DNA of 64,000 nt from the human T2T-CHM13v2.0 reference genome, Homo sapiens, in NCBI RefSeq assembly GCF_009914755.1, contig NC_060944.1; one strand, 5' to 3'. This document shows, in pieces, positions 1 to 13,299 of the stretch. A model generated the notes under the pieces. The model was not told the origin of the DNA. It did not search any database and saw only the letters and a list, made by a program, of their open reading frames with translations. How positions within the stretch are numbered: position 1 is the stretch's first letter; every line of letters starts with the position of its first letter. A program made the position numbers and the translations under genes.

Positions 1-224
1 GCTGTCCAAACAACACGAGCCCCCACGCAGTTTTTACTATAGGTGGCTGATTTCGGAGCACAACAGTTTGAAAGGACTGAAAAGGAAAGATCCACAGACA
101 AGATATTTTCCACATGATTTCAAAGGGGTTCTACTTTCCTGAAGCCTCACTTTAGACCCTAAGTTCAGAGCTCTTATTCTCTTAAATCTGCTCTGAAAAC
201 AAGCATGCTTATTTATCCCCTGAT

Positions 225-843
225 TATTTAACAAATACCAATTGAGAGTGTATTAGGTACCAGGCATTGGTGACATCTGGGTGAACAAAACAGATGGATC
301 CTGTCCTTTGGGAGATTACAGTTTGTTGAGAGAGAACACACTATAAGACAATAATGAACAAGTAGAGTTATAAAATGCACAAGGGCTATAAATAAGCCCA
401 AATCATGACTAATAGAGATGAACTGGTGCTGACATGGGAGGTCATTTACTCAGAATGCTGGTCCAGAAAGATCTCTGTGAGGAGGTTGCATTTAAGCCAG
501 GCAGAGAGAGGATGAGGACAAGGGTCCTGAGGTTGGGAGGAAATGGGATGGTCCAGCACGGAGTAGAAGTCAGTGCGGTTCCTCCCGGGGATCCGAGGGG
601 AGAAGGGGAAGAGGTGAACAGAACTGAATCATGCAGAGTCCTGCAGGACAGGTGGGGGTTTGGGATTTTCTTCTAAGTTTGATAAGAAGCTAAGTACGGA
701 TGTGACCTATGGCCCATTTTAGGTTTAAGACTCCTCTTCAGCTGTAGTGGAGTGAACTAGAAGGGGCAGGAGTGGGGGAAGCTAACTAGTGCAGTTATCC
801 TGGTGAGGGCTGATGGCAGGCTGGACTCAGATGGTTGCGGTGG
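225..843 (-). mobile_element. L2 LINE 3' region, antisense; interrupted by the LTR at 844 and resuming briefly at about 1433-1470
   Basis: TTTAACAAATACCAATTGAGAGTGTATTAGGTACCAGGCATTG...GAACAAAACAGA...CCTGTCCTTTGGGAGATTACAGT resembles the reverse complement of the L2 3' end. Confidence 0.7.
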
Positions 844-1432
844 TGATACCAGCGGGCTAGGGGAGGTCTCCAAATGCCAGTGAGACCTCGACCCCGGCCG
901 GTGTCAAGGCTCTTGATGCTGTCATGTGAAGGAATTCAAGGATGAGTTGGAAAAAACTACAGAGATTTATTGTGAAGAGAAAAGCTTGCGCTCAAGACGG
1001 GAGTTCAGGAATACTCAAGAGAGTCACACCCGAGGCAACTTGGGACTTCCATCTTTATGGGTTTCTCTAACGGGGGGTGGAATATTCATGAAAATTCCTA
1101 GAAAAATGTAAAGGTTTCTCAAAACTGTGGTGCCACCCGTTTTTACACCAAACATGTGTGTTCCCAGAATTGTCCTGGCACTGATGGGTGTGTGACTCAG
1201 AATGTTAATGAGCATATAATGAGGTCCTAGGTGAAACCTAGGTCAAATCCAGTGCCACGCTGGGTCCAGTGGTCTTAGCCAGCGTGGCCCACATCCTGTT
1301 GTTCAGGGTCCCATTGGCCCCTCTCTTCTGCAGCTATTTCAGCAGTTTCCTTTTGCTAATCATGCGACACTGCTGCCTGGAAGTTTCTAGTCTCCGGTGA
1401 CCACCTGACCACCCTGTATTACTCCTGTCTCA
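844..1432 (-). mobile_element. ERV1-class solo LTR (MER4 group, MER61-like)
   Basis: TG...CA termini. A 4-bp TSD GTGG lies at 840-843 and 1433-1436, the length typical of ERV1. The reverse strand begins TGAGACAGGAGTAATACAGGGTGGTC. The subfamily is recalled, not searched. Confidence 0.8.
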
Positions 1433-1470
1433 GTGGGGATGGAGAGAGGTAAAGCAATTTGGGGTACATA

Positions 1471-1640
1471 AGTGGTGTGCCAGTAAGCCAGCTCTCTGGA
1501 ATAAACAAAGCCCTTAGTGTTAGGGTTTGCCGATTTCCATGGTGTAAATACTCCCACAATGGGCTGACCCCTAGTCACCAGTGCGAGGTCATGGCCGAGG
1601 TGAGAGGCCTCATGTACGGTCCAGCTGCTTCCCCCTGCTG
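1471..1640 (-). mobile_element. MER63-like hAT-Blackjack DNA transposon fossil
   Basis: AGTGGTGTGCCAGTAAGCCAGCTCTCT terminus and internal TTTGCCGATTTCCATGGTGTAAATACTCCCAC match the MER63A reverse complement. Confidence 0.65.
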
Positions 1641-2755
1641 GCTGGGAGGAGAAACCTGAGGCCTGTGCATTGACCAGTCTCCCACTGTTTGGTTTGAGTC
1701 ATTGAGAATGGCAGTTCCTTCAGTTGGGAAGGTACAAGACTGCAAGGGACACAGATTTGTGAGTGGGGCAGAGGACCTGCAAAGAAAGGCTGTCTGGAGC
1801 TCCTGCCCTCACAGGTGTCTCCACCAGCCCACAGAGGTCTCTCCCCTTGGAAACCTCTTGCAATGGTGTTGGTTCTACCTGATTAGTCTCTTATCACAAG
1901 CACATGGCCCTGCTCGCTAAGTGTCTGCTCACATAGTTATGCAGAGATCTGTGCAGTAAGTGGTAGCAACAAGAGTGCTGGGCTGGAAATCCAGAGATCA
2001 GGAAACTGGGACTGGTGGAAAATATGCTCGGGGTTACCTGAACACTGAACTGCTCAAATGCAGGCCTTCTGACCCGAAAGGGCCCACCTTCTCCTCTAGG
2101 TCCAGCTGCTAAATTTGCTAATTCTTAAAAATCTATTCAAAACAAAACATAAAAACTAACCAGATTTTTTTTCTCGTTTTTTTTTCCTCTGCCCCGTTTT
2201 TCTACTGAATTATTATGCAAGAGGAGAAGTAGCCTGTGCTGAAAAATGCATAAATATTCCGTCTATAGTAAGGCAGAGAAGTAATGAACCTCAGTGTAAA
2301 CCCTGCAACATACAGAGACAGCAGCAAATGTGTTCATTTAGAAATTACGCAGGTAGTGTGCTTTGAGCTTTTGTTCTGTGTTAATCCTTCAGGCGCTGGT
2401 TAAACCAAGGCGTTGTACGCGTGGTGGACCTTGATCTGAGCCCTGCTGAGATCAAAGGCTCAATCCGGAAAGCTTTCTGCTGATTTTCTTGTGTCTTCTA
2501 CCATCTCCAAGCACTCTGAGAGCAATTTCAGAGCAACTGTCAAAGCTGGCAGATGATATTTATATCAGGATGCTGTTTGTACTTATTTATTTAACATCTG
2601 ATGGTGGCAGCCAACCTGCCCATTAGACAGTATTAATAAAATGCACAATGTTAACAAGGTATACAGGAGACTTTTCGCTTATCCTCATCCACTTAACCCA
2701 ACACAGAGCTTTTAATCTGCATTCAGGTAAAGCAAGAGGTTAAGAAGAAGCAAGA

Positions 2756-3069
2756 AGCTGGGCTTAGTGGCTCATGTGTACAATTTCAGCACTTTGGGAG
2801 GCTGAGGCTGGAGGATCACTTGAGGGCAGGAGTTTGAGACCAACCTGAGCAACATAGAGAGACCCTGTCTCTATAAAAAAATATAAAAAATATATAAAAA
2901 AAAAAGCTGGACATGGTGGTGTGCGCCTGTAGTACCCAGCTACTTGGGAGGCTGAGGCGGGAGGATCATTTGAGTCCAGGAGGTTGAGGGTGCAGTGAGC
3001 TCTGATCACACCACTGCACTCCAGCATGGGTGAGAGACCAAGATCTTGTTTCAAAAAAAAAAAAAAAAA
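2756..3069 (+). mobile_element. AluJ, full length, inserted into a MIR
   Basis: Dimeric Alu with J-type GGAGGATCACTTGAG and GAGACCCTGTCTC, a poly-A tail, and TSD AAGCAAGA(A) at 2748-2756 and 3070-3078. Confidence 0.93.
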
Positions 3070-3078
3070 AAGCAAGAA

Positions 3079-3290
3079 CTCAAGAACTCTGGGATCAGAT
3101 GGATCCAGGTTTGAATCCCAGCTCAGGTTCTTATTCACTGCTCGGTTTCTGCAGGTTTCTTAAGCTCTCAGAGTGTTTGCGTTCGTGTCTGAAGTGAGAG
3201 TCATCTTAGAGCCATGTCCTAGAGCTGTTCTGAAGATTACAAGTCCAGGTTTAACCATATTAATGATGGTCATTATCATGATTATTATAT
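3079..3290 (+). mobile_element. MIR SINE
   Basis: CTCTGGGATCAGATGGATCCAGGTTTGAATCCCAGCTC resembles the MIR B-box region, followed by a degenerate core. Confidence 0.6.
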
Positions 3291-4049
3291 TTATATTCAT
3301 AACCTAAGTCCAACAGATATGGGCTAAGAGCCCAGTTCTGCCTTTTACTCACTGGTCACCTTCATCCCAGCATTCTCCAAGGTTGTTTGGGTGCACCCCA
3401 GATGTTGCCTCCAGCCCCCTATCTCCCGTCAGCTCTGAAATTTCTGCACACCCTGGGAATTTACTTCCTTACAGTCCACTTCAGGGCTGGGTTTCTCTTT
3501 TCCAAATCTCACTTGCTCTTGTCTCTCTCTTCTGACTTAAATGTAAAATCAGGCTCTTGTCATCTGATTCACACACACATATACACACTCACTCACTCAC
3601 AAAACATCTGTGTGTGTCACAGGCTTTACTGACAATGGAGGGAGTTGGAGGGCTTTCCTATATGAGACCTAGGTGCCTGACAATTAAAGCGCCTCCACTC
3701 TGAAAAGCCCTGGGGCCCTTCCACCTTGGCACTTGCATTTCCTATCTTTCTCCTCAACCCCTCCCCTCTCTCCTCTCCATCCTCTGTGGTCCCAGAGCCT
3801 ACTCCTACATGGAATCCCAAGACCTCTAGAAAGACATGGCGATTCAGAAGCAAGAGCAGGGAGGCTTTCCTCTGGCCCCTTCATTATCCAATCTGAGAAC
3901 CTTTGACGGACTAGCTACAAAAAAACCAACCAGGATAAATTCCTTACCCACCTCTCTAACCTCTCCCTGATGGCACTAGGAGGTCCCACCAATCATTTGA
4001 AATCTTTAACGGATGAAAAACAGATGTTAGACATTCATCCAAAAGCATT

Positions 4050-4316
4050 GGTCAGCCACGGTGGCTCACACCTGTAATCCCAGCACTTTGGGAGGCTGAG
4101 GTGGGAAGATGGCTTGAACTCAGGAGTTCAAAACCAGCCTGGGCAATATGGCAAAACCCCATATCAACAAAAATACAAAAAGTTAGCCAGGCATGGTGGT
4201 GCGTGCTGTAGTCCAGGCTACTTGGGAGGCTTGAGCCCAGGAGGTCGAGGCTGCAGTGAACCAAGATGGTGCGACCGCGCTTCCAGCCTGGGTGACAGAG
4301 TGAGACCCTGTCTCAG

Positions 4317-4349
<33 letters not shown>
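4050..4349 (+). mobile_element. AluJ with a (TAAA)n tail and a short right-arm deletion
   Basis: Alu dimer with TSD AAGCATT at 4043-4049 and 4350-4356. The right arm reads GGGAGGC-TTGAGCCC, lacking about 17 bp. Confidence 0.92.
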
Positions 4350-4351
<2 letters not shown>

Positions 4352-5334
4352 GCATTACATTAAAAAGGGGTGTTTTCTATTTAGCACTATTATGTCCCAG
4401 GGAAGAAGGACTCCTGTCCTAGAAGCTGAATCTGTACAACTGCAGCCAAACCCTCTTCCCAAAGGACCTCATTGAAAGGCAGAAGTCAAGAAGTGGTTAT
4501 CACTTTAAGAGTTAAAAGAGAAAGGTACTATTAATTTTCCATTTTTAGCCATGAAATCTGTAGCTGTATGCTTATGAGAAGTATTATTTTAACCTTTGTA
4601 TTTCTCTTTACATGACTTTGTGGAGACAAAATTAAAAGTTAAAAATTGATACCTGACATCAAAAGCTCAGCATGCTGAAGGGTACAAGCCACGAAAAGAA
4701 AAAAAAAGAAGAAGAAATGGTGGCCTTTGAAGACTTTGCTAATAGACACATTGAAGAGTTTGCATTGTCTACAAAGATCTATGTCAGAGAAATAGCCTAG
4801 AGAGATATGTGGCAGGGAAGGAGAAAATAAGATTTGAGTACTTTGGCATGAGCCCTTACAATTAACATAAGACATCTGAAAAGGTTTCCAGAAACTAATC
4901 AAGACAGTATACAATAAGGTACACCTGCCAGCATACCCATATTTCTTTTCTATTTATAAATTGTGGATTCTTTCCCTGTATCTCTAATAGTAATGAAACA
5001 TTTTACCTTAGCTCGTCTTCCCTGCTTCAGTGACACCCTCTGGTGTGCCATGACCCAGCTAGCCTTAGTCCACAGTGGGTCCAGGGAGGTGATCACCCAT
5101 GTGCTTATGAAGGTAAAAAATTCCTGCTCAGGTCTCAATGCAACTCTGTCTCCAAGAAGCCCTAAGAACGAGGAGAGATAAACTTAAGAATACTGCATGC
5201 CTCTTTTCTGATTATAAGAAACATCTCTGTAAATAAACCATGACTATAAAAATATAGACAAGATAAGTATTGTGTTGGAAGGAAATATATCCATCAAGTA
5301 AAAAAATATTAGTAGATCAAAGGAGTGAAAAGAA

Positions 5335-5570
5335 TAACTAGCATTTATTGTATGTTTACAATGTAACAGGCACTTTACTTAAACTGTTTCTTTTATTTTG
5401 TACAATGACCACTTTAAGTACTAGAATTTCTATTCCCATTCTACACACAAGGACAGTGGGGCCGAGAGAGCTGAGTGGGGGCCCAAGGACTGCCAGTGCA
5501 GAGTCTTGGCTTCCAGCAGGGGTTTCGGAGGCTGCCCTGCTGCAGTGACACAGCTGCAGCTCCATAGAAA
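5335..5570 (-). mobile_element. MIR SINE
   Basis: TAACTAGCATTTATTG...CAGGCACTTTACTTAA...TATTCCCATTCTACACACAAGGACAGTGGGGCCGAGAGAGCTGAGTG resembles antisense MIR. Confidence 0.6.
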
Positions 5571-5617
5571 ACAGACCCTCTTCTCCCCCCTTTCCTGATC
5601 AGTCACCATGTATATAG

Positions 5618-6195
<578 letters not shown>

Positions 6196-6745
6196 ACAAG
6201 AACTTTCTAAACTCACCTCTTTGTTTATTTTCACCCCTTGCTTTCCAACGTGAAATGTGCAGTTTTGTGGAAGTTCAAACAAGCCACCCAGCTGAAGCCT
6301 CCCTGGGGAGACCTGAACTTCTGCACTCAGGCAAGACCAAAATTAAGATGCTTTTGCTCTTTCCAGGCTTGTCTTTATCCATCTAAATAATAAATACTCA
6401 TGTCCCTCTATAGTGATACATCTCACCTTTATGATCAAGCACCTCAGTGCCGTTTGAGTGATGGATTTGTCAAAATTCCTTGAGGGCTGGCCTCTGCCAC
6501 TGCAGGCTTGCAGCCCCCACCCCCATCTGTTTTACTTTGGAACTGCAACAGCAGAGCATCTGGCTGACCTCCGGCATATCAGGCGGTTCCTTGTGCACTG
6601 AGGTGCTGCAGTCTGTGCTGGGCCCTGGGGCTCCTTCCCCAGATAACACCGTGGCTCTTCAGGCTGGGGCCTGCCAGTGTCAGGACTTCAGCCTGGCCAC
6701 AACGGGTGTCCTCACTTCCTTAGGACCTGGACAACCACATAGCTA

Positions 6746-7185
6746 GCTTTTTATTTCTTAATTTATTTTTATTGGATATTAACAAATTATAATTGTATAT
6801 ATTTATGAGATTATATTTATAATTATATATATTACGAGATACAAAGTGATGTCATGACATGTGTATGCCATGTGGAATGCTTGAATTAAGTTCACTAACA
6901 TATCTATCACTTCAAATGTGTATTTTCTCCTTTTGCCTCACTGAAACATCCTTTCGCCTCTCACTGAAACATTGCATCCTTGACCAGCATCTTCCTATTC
7001 CCCGACGCTCCAGCCCCTGGTAACCACTATTCTGTTCTCTGCTCCTATGTGTTTTGATTGTTTTAGGTTCCACAGAGAAGGGAGGTCATGCAGTGTTTTT
7101 TCTTTTTGTACCTGGCTTAATCCTCTTAGTATAAGGTCTTCCAGGTTCATCTGTATTTTCAGAAGTGACATAAATTCCTCATGTC
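6746..7185 (-). mobile_element. L1MA (L1MA9/10-like) 3' end
   Basis: T-rich start, then ATAATTGTATATATTTATG...CCCTGGTAACCACTATTCTGTTCTCTGCT...CCTGGCTTAATCCTCTTAGTATAAGGTCTTCCAGGTTCATC. Confidence 0.75.
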
Positions 7186-7869
7186 AGCCCATCTCATGCA
7201 GGTGGGTCAGCATTTGTGTCCACAAGGCCCTCTCTTACGAGATACCTGAGATTTTCAATGCTAAGAGCAGGATGAGTACCATCAGAAAATATGGCTCAGA
7301 ATTCAGGAAACCTTCTACATAGAAGAAAAAGTAGATAAGCAGGAAGGTATCTTCACTTTGACAAAAAAGCCTGCTGGGTCCTTGAAAGTGGCCACATCCA
7401 GAACAAACATAGGCCCTAAATGGAAAAGAGAATTGACTTAAGGAGAGAAACTCTTCCCACTGCCTCCCAGCATGAAGACATGAACACTTAGGTTGAGCTC
7501 CAAATACATTTTTAAAAATATAAAACAAACACACACACCTCTCTGTGCTTTATATTTTGTCCAAGAACATGATGGAAAGGCATTCTGCAGGTTCCAGTTT
7601 TCTTTGGACCCATTTGAGCAGTTCTGTGACAGCAGGTTTGTGAAAAGCTTCAGTTCTTTTATGTCGTGGACCACTTAGCGTCCATCCCCTCTTCTCCATG
7701 AGGAAAGGAGCATAGAGCAGCCTACTTTAGCCAGCCGGGATTGACTCACCTGCACTGAAGACTCACCTCCACTGCAGCATTGGAGATTTGCCTAAGAATA
7801 TAACTAGCGTGTATACATACGTACACAAACACGCACACACAATATGTAAATGTATTAAGATGACTGACT

Positions 7870-8102
<233 letters not shown>

Positions 8103-8819
8103 CAGTGTCTGCATTTCTAGAATGGACAAGCTTCATCTCCCCGCTCCTACTTCCTGGAGGCTGGCACCCACTGAGGCTAGAAGGAGACCTTCTAGTTGTG
8201 TGATCAAGCCTGAGATGGAGAGACATTCTGTAGGCATCACAGGGAGAAGGATGTGCACGAGATCTCACTGTCTTTAGATGTTTTGCCCCAAAGTTGCATC
8301 ACCACAAGGCCCTTGGTTTAAGTCACTGTCTTTTCCCTACTCCATCCAGTAGCAAACCCAGAGATAACAGCATGAAGACTGACAGCTGTGTAGAGGTCGC
8401 CCAGAGGGCGCTGGTCCTCATTCTGCCTCCTTACTGGATGTAGTCTGAACACAAGTGTCCAGGCCCAACAGTGGCTGAAGCTCTTCATTCAAGACTGAAT
8501 CTCTGAGCAACCTGGCAGCACTTAGAGGGGAGAACATGGCATGTGCCACGGACAGAGACTGCAGCTAAATTCCAAGGGAGGACTGAGGAGCAAGGAAACA
8601 AGAGGGCCCAGGGAAGGGAGGGGTCCAGAGGGAAGCGTGACAGGCACCGACCATGCTGTTGCCATCCCTGCAGGGACCCAGAGAAGGGCAGGTGCTGTGC
8701 TGGGCTCCGAGAGAGCCCTCACTGCAGAGTAGATGTGGGAAGGAATGTTGGACTGTGAGGTAACATTGGGATGGGTGGCAAGGGCCAGGAAAGGGCCACA
8801 TCTTCCTTCCAGGTCAGCC

Positions 8820-8920
8820 TTTCATTTATTCATCATTGATGGAGTACCTACTATATGCCAGGAACCATTCTAGGTATTGAAGCTACAAATATAGCAGGGC
8901 TGAATAATATCCTCATATTC
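8820..8920 (-). mobile_element. L2 3' end fragment
   Basis: TTCATTTATTCATCATTGATGGAGTACCTACTATATGCCAGG. Confidence 0.6.
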
Positions 8921-9379
8921 ACATGCACATAGAATACTGAAAGCCCTCATTTTCTTTATATCAAGGAATGAAAACTCTGAGTCTTCATCCTTCCTGGCAA
9001 GAGGAAAATGCAACCTCATTAGTTTTGAGGAATTACCCCCCATCTGCAGGCCCCACAGAAGTTGCAGGGTTTTAGGCAGCACCAAGCATTGAGGAGGCTG
9101 CCCTGGCCATTGCCATCAGGCAAAGGTGCCTGTGTGCCAGGGTAAGACCTGAGAGGTCCAGGGGCTCTGCTGCAGGTGCTGTCCTGGGCTCCAGGAATCA
9201 CTGGCCAGGAGCTCTGGGATGCAAGGCAGGTGTGTCATACAGGTGTGTCCTAAGTTGTAGCCAGCGCTGGGGTCTCTGCTGCTTATGGATCCTCTTTTCC
9301 CATCCTCCTCATCTATCTGCTCCTAGGAGGCACTCCTTTCCTACAGTCCTGCAGATTCAACTCCATTCCAGCTTTCCAA

Positions 9380-9812
9380 CATCCTCTCCTCGTGTTCTTC
9401 CCACCCTCTGCCCACTTCTAATGTCTGCCAAGTTCCTTCCTGTTTCAAGGTCTTTGCACTTTCTATTCCCTGTACTATCAGTGTTCTTTCCTGGATTTTG
9501 CATGGCTGTGTCAGCCTAACTTTGGCCTCATTTCAATTGCCATCTTTACAGAAGGGCCTTCTGTGGTCACTTGATTTTAATGGTCCTCATCCTTCATCAC
9601 TTTCTATTCTACACCGTGTTTGCTTTTCTTCATCGTAAAATATTGCATCTTACGTATCATGGTGACTTGTTTATCACATGTCTCTCCTAGAAGAATGTAG
9701 GCAAATGTAGGCAAACTTTGTCTTGTTCACCACTGAATCCCTGGTGACCTTTCCAGCCTCTGGCACATAGTAGGTGCTCAATAAATACCTGTTGAATGAA
9801 GGACGAATGAAT
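9380..9812 (+). mobile_element. L2 3' end
   Basis: Ends TGGCACATAGTAGGTGCTCAATAAATACCTGTTGAATGAA, the canonical L2 terminus. Confidence 0.8.
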
Positions 9813-10599
9813 TCAGAAAGTCTGGCTGCTCCCACACTAGGTACAATACACTTAGGGTTCCTAACTCCTGACTCCGAAGCATCCCTGTGAGTAGAGTTGA
9901 CTGACTAGAGAAGTGGTCTGTTTTATTTTGTTTCTGGATCTCATAGAATACATCTATTTCTATCTTAATTAAAAAATAAGAAGAGGCAATAAAATGTGCT
10001 GTTACAGATTGGCGGGGTAAAACAATTGGCTTGACAGTAATCTAGGAATTTAATTATAGCAAAACATGCCCATGGAATATACATACTCAGGACGAAAGAG
10101 TTTAAGAGCTTCAATAAATCATTGTTTTTAAAAACAGAAGAAGGCTTTGTGATCGTCCAGTTACTGCTGATGAGGCCATAAAGAAGCTCTAAGCAGCCTC
10201 CATGCCATGCATCATGGGCTCTAATGTGCAGGTGCCTCTTTAGAATGGAAAGCTGCCTGGGAAAAGGCTAAACCACGTGGTTATTTGTCTCAAATGGACA
10301 ACAATGACTCAAAGTATGGGGAAGCTGGTTAGCGAAGCTCCTTCATGACTGACCACGTGGTCCTGCACATCTTTGACCAGGGTCCTAAGGAGAAAGGGAG
10401 AAGGGCAAGAATTGGCAGGAAGTGGTTGCAGCCCCAGTTGGGCAGTCACCTGGGTAGACAGGTTCTGGGAGCTCACCAAGCACAGCAGGCCTGGCTGCTC
10501 TTCCTCCAGGTTCAGGAGGGCTGAGGGCATCCTTCTGGGGCCCGCTTTCCTGGGTATGGGTGCAGATACAGAGTGGCTCTGCAGGCCTTCCTGTTCTGG

Positions 10600-10868
10600 C
10601 ACCTCCTTCATTTGTCAGCTCCCCAGAGAGGCCTTTTGCCTATCTACCTAAAGAACTTTCCATTCTTGCCCCTCCTCACCACCTACCCATCACCGTCTGT
10701 AATCTTCTTCAGAGCCTTTATCCCCATCAGAAAGTGTCCTATTGAATAATTTTCTTTTTTGCGCTGCCAGGTCTCCAGTAGAATGCAAACTCCCTGAGGT
10801 CCGCTGCGCTCCCACCAGTACCTTGGACAGCGCTGGGCTCGCAGTAATTGTGTGTTAGCGAATGAACA
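10600..10868 (+). mobile_element. L2 fragment, degenerate
   Basis: AGAATGCAAACTCCCTGAGG...CAGCGCTGGGCTCGCAGTAATTGTGTGTTAGCGAATGAA. Confidence 0.45.
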
Positions 10869-11027
10869 AGTGGGCAAGGATGGAACGCTCCACCTGATCC
10901 TGAAACCGAACATTCATCCACACCAGTCTGCTCCTTAAGGGAGTGCAAGTGCTCATGACATTGATGAGTTCCCAGTGAGTCGAGGCTCTGACCCCACCCT
11001 GAATCTGCAGAAGGGTCCACGGATTGA

Positions 11028-11272
<245 letters not shown>

Positions 11273-11394
11273 ATTTTTAATCCTGTAAACATTTGCTTGG
11301 AGCCCAATCCTGTGATAAAGCTCTTACCATCTACACACACACACATGCGTGTGAAACACAGACACGTATACATGTAACACACGTTATTAATAGT

Positions 11395-11848
11395 GGAGTA
11401 ATCATTAGTGTGGATTGCTAAACCTTTCATTAAAGAGTGCAGTAATCATTAGTGTGGATTGCTAAACCTGTCTAGCTTTCTGGCTCTTGTGCATATGGTA
11501 GGATTATACTTCTGGTGTTCTCACTACCCTACCCCATGCTTGGATGGGTTTATGTAACCAACCCTAGTAATGAGTTGTGAGTGGATTGACCTGTGTTACT
11601 TTCATGCCTGAGCACATCCTTCTGGTGTGAGAACTGAAAAAGTTCTGCCCTTCTTTGCTGCTTGGAGCAACAAGGCTCTACCTACTCAGCCTGTGACCTG
11701 CTTGGGTGAGAGTCCCCTGGTGCAGTCCTTTCACTCAAATGATGATGGGTATGTTGCTTAGAGGAGAAATAAACCTTTGCTGTTTGGAGCCACTGTGGTT
11801 AGGAAGCTTTTTGTTACTATAGCATAGCCTCGCCCACCGTGACTAATA
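11395..11848 (+). mobile_element. MLT1I/J-like MaLR LTR with a duplicated 5' end
   Basis: GCATATGGTAGGATTATACTTC, GAGAAATAAACCTTTGCTGTTT and TTGTTACTATAGCATAGCCT...GACTAATA are MLT1 hallmarks. Confidence 0.7.
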
Positions 11849-12529
11849 AAAAATACTGTTTTCTTCTTTATGCAAAAATAAAGTATAACATCAACATTTT
11901 AATATGACAGAAACTTGTTGAACTCACCCAAATTCTTACTACTAAGAGGTTTGTAATGTTTCAGAGTCTGTCCCTATATTCTTCCAGGGTGTGTGCGTGT
12001 GTATGGGCATGTAGAGAGAGGAAAAGGTATGTCTATTTAGATGTGTGGACATAAATATAAGAGACAAAGAAAGAGGCCTCTGTATCTATGCACCTGACTC
12101 TGACTTTATCATTGTGGCCAGTCCTTAGATTTCCGAGTTTCTAACCTGTCAAGTAAGTGAATTTGAGCCCAAGGCGGGGTCTCGATACACCCAAGGTCTT
12201 GGAGTTTAAGAGCAGAGCTGCCTGAGACAAAAAAACAAGTCTTTGTTCTCCCAGAAAGGCTCTCTCCACCACGACTCACCATTCTCTTTATTTCTTTGTT
12301 TCTTCTGATGATGGGGGATTTTTCTTTTTATGCTTGGAGCAGGGCCCAGGAAGGTATTTCAAATATCATCAGTTCTTTTGAGGCACTAGTCATTCTGTGC
12401 CTGTCTTTGCACCTTTCCTTCCCTCTGATTCCTTGGGTTTTGTGTTTATCCTCAGGCTATTTTGTTCTTCTTTAGATTGGAATAATTTCCCAGGGCTCAG
12501 GTACTTCTCCTTGGGTTAAACCGAGCTTT

Positions 12530-12706
12530 TTTCAAAATGTTGCTTAAGGACCATGGGCGTAAGCATTGCCTGGGTTTCTTTTTGAGCCTTCAGATGCCTG
12601 AGCCGTCTCCAGACCTGCTGAGATGAAACACCAGGGCTCGGGCCCGGGACCCAGGCATGCTTAACTCCAGGAGGAGTTTCTTATGCACTCTGAAGTTGAG
12701 GCCCAT
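12530..12706. mobile_element. MER5-like hAT-Charlie fossil
   Basis: CAGATGCCTGAGCCGTCTCCAGACCTGCTGA...TTATGCACTCTGAAGTTGAG. Confidence 0.5.
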
Positions 12707-12891
12707 GGAATGGGCAGTAGTGTGATAATAAGCCCTATAAGTGATTATTAAACCTCCGCAGTCCTGGGCTCAACTTTGATCACCTGTATGGTGATGCTGT
12801 CATTTGGTGATTAGGGAGTATGAAGGTCAAGTTGGAACTTCAGCAGTTTCAAAGAAACTCAAGTTGAAGAGGGATGATAAGAATGTGTTTG

Positions 12892-13198
12892 GGCCGGGCG
12901 CGGTGGCTCACGCCTGTAATCCCAGCACTTTGGGAGGCCGAGGCGGGTGGATCATGAGGTCAGGAGATCGAGACCATCCTGGCTAACAAGGTGAAACCCC
13001 GTCTCTACTAAAAAATACAAAAAATTAGCCGGGCGCGGTGGCGGGCGCCTGTAGTCCCAGCTACTCGGGAGGCTGAGGCAGGAGAATGGCGTGAACCCAG
13101 GAAGCGGAGCTTGCAGTGAGCGAGATTGCGCCACTGCAGTCCGCAGTCCGGCCTGGGCGACAGAGCGAGACTCCGTCTCAAAAAAAAAAAAAAAAAAA
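12892..13198 (+). mobile_element. AluYb8, full length, human-specific
   Basis: Diagnostic 7-bp duplication in CACTGCAGTCCGCAGTCCGGCC, plus GGATCATGAGG, AACAAGGTG, GGAAGCGGAG and GATTGCG. CpGs are intact and the poly-A is pure. 13-bp TSD AAGAATGTGTTTG at 12879-12891 and 13199-13211. Confidence 0.97.
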
Positions 13199-13299
13199 AA
13201 GAATGTGTTTGTTCCTCTGTTCATGATCTTAGATAGGACTGGCAGGAGTAAGTCCCTTCCCTTGCATTGGACATCTGTGCTTGCCTGGCACCTGTACCT

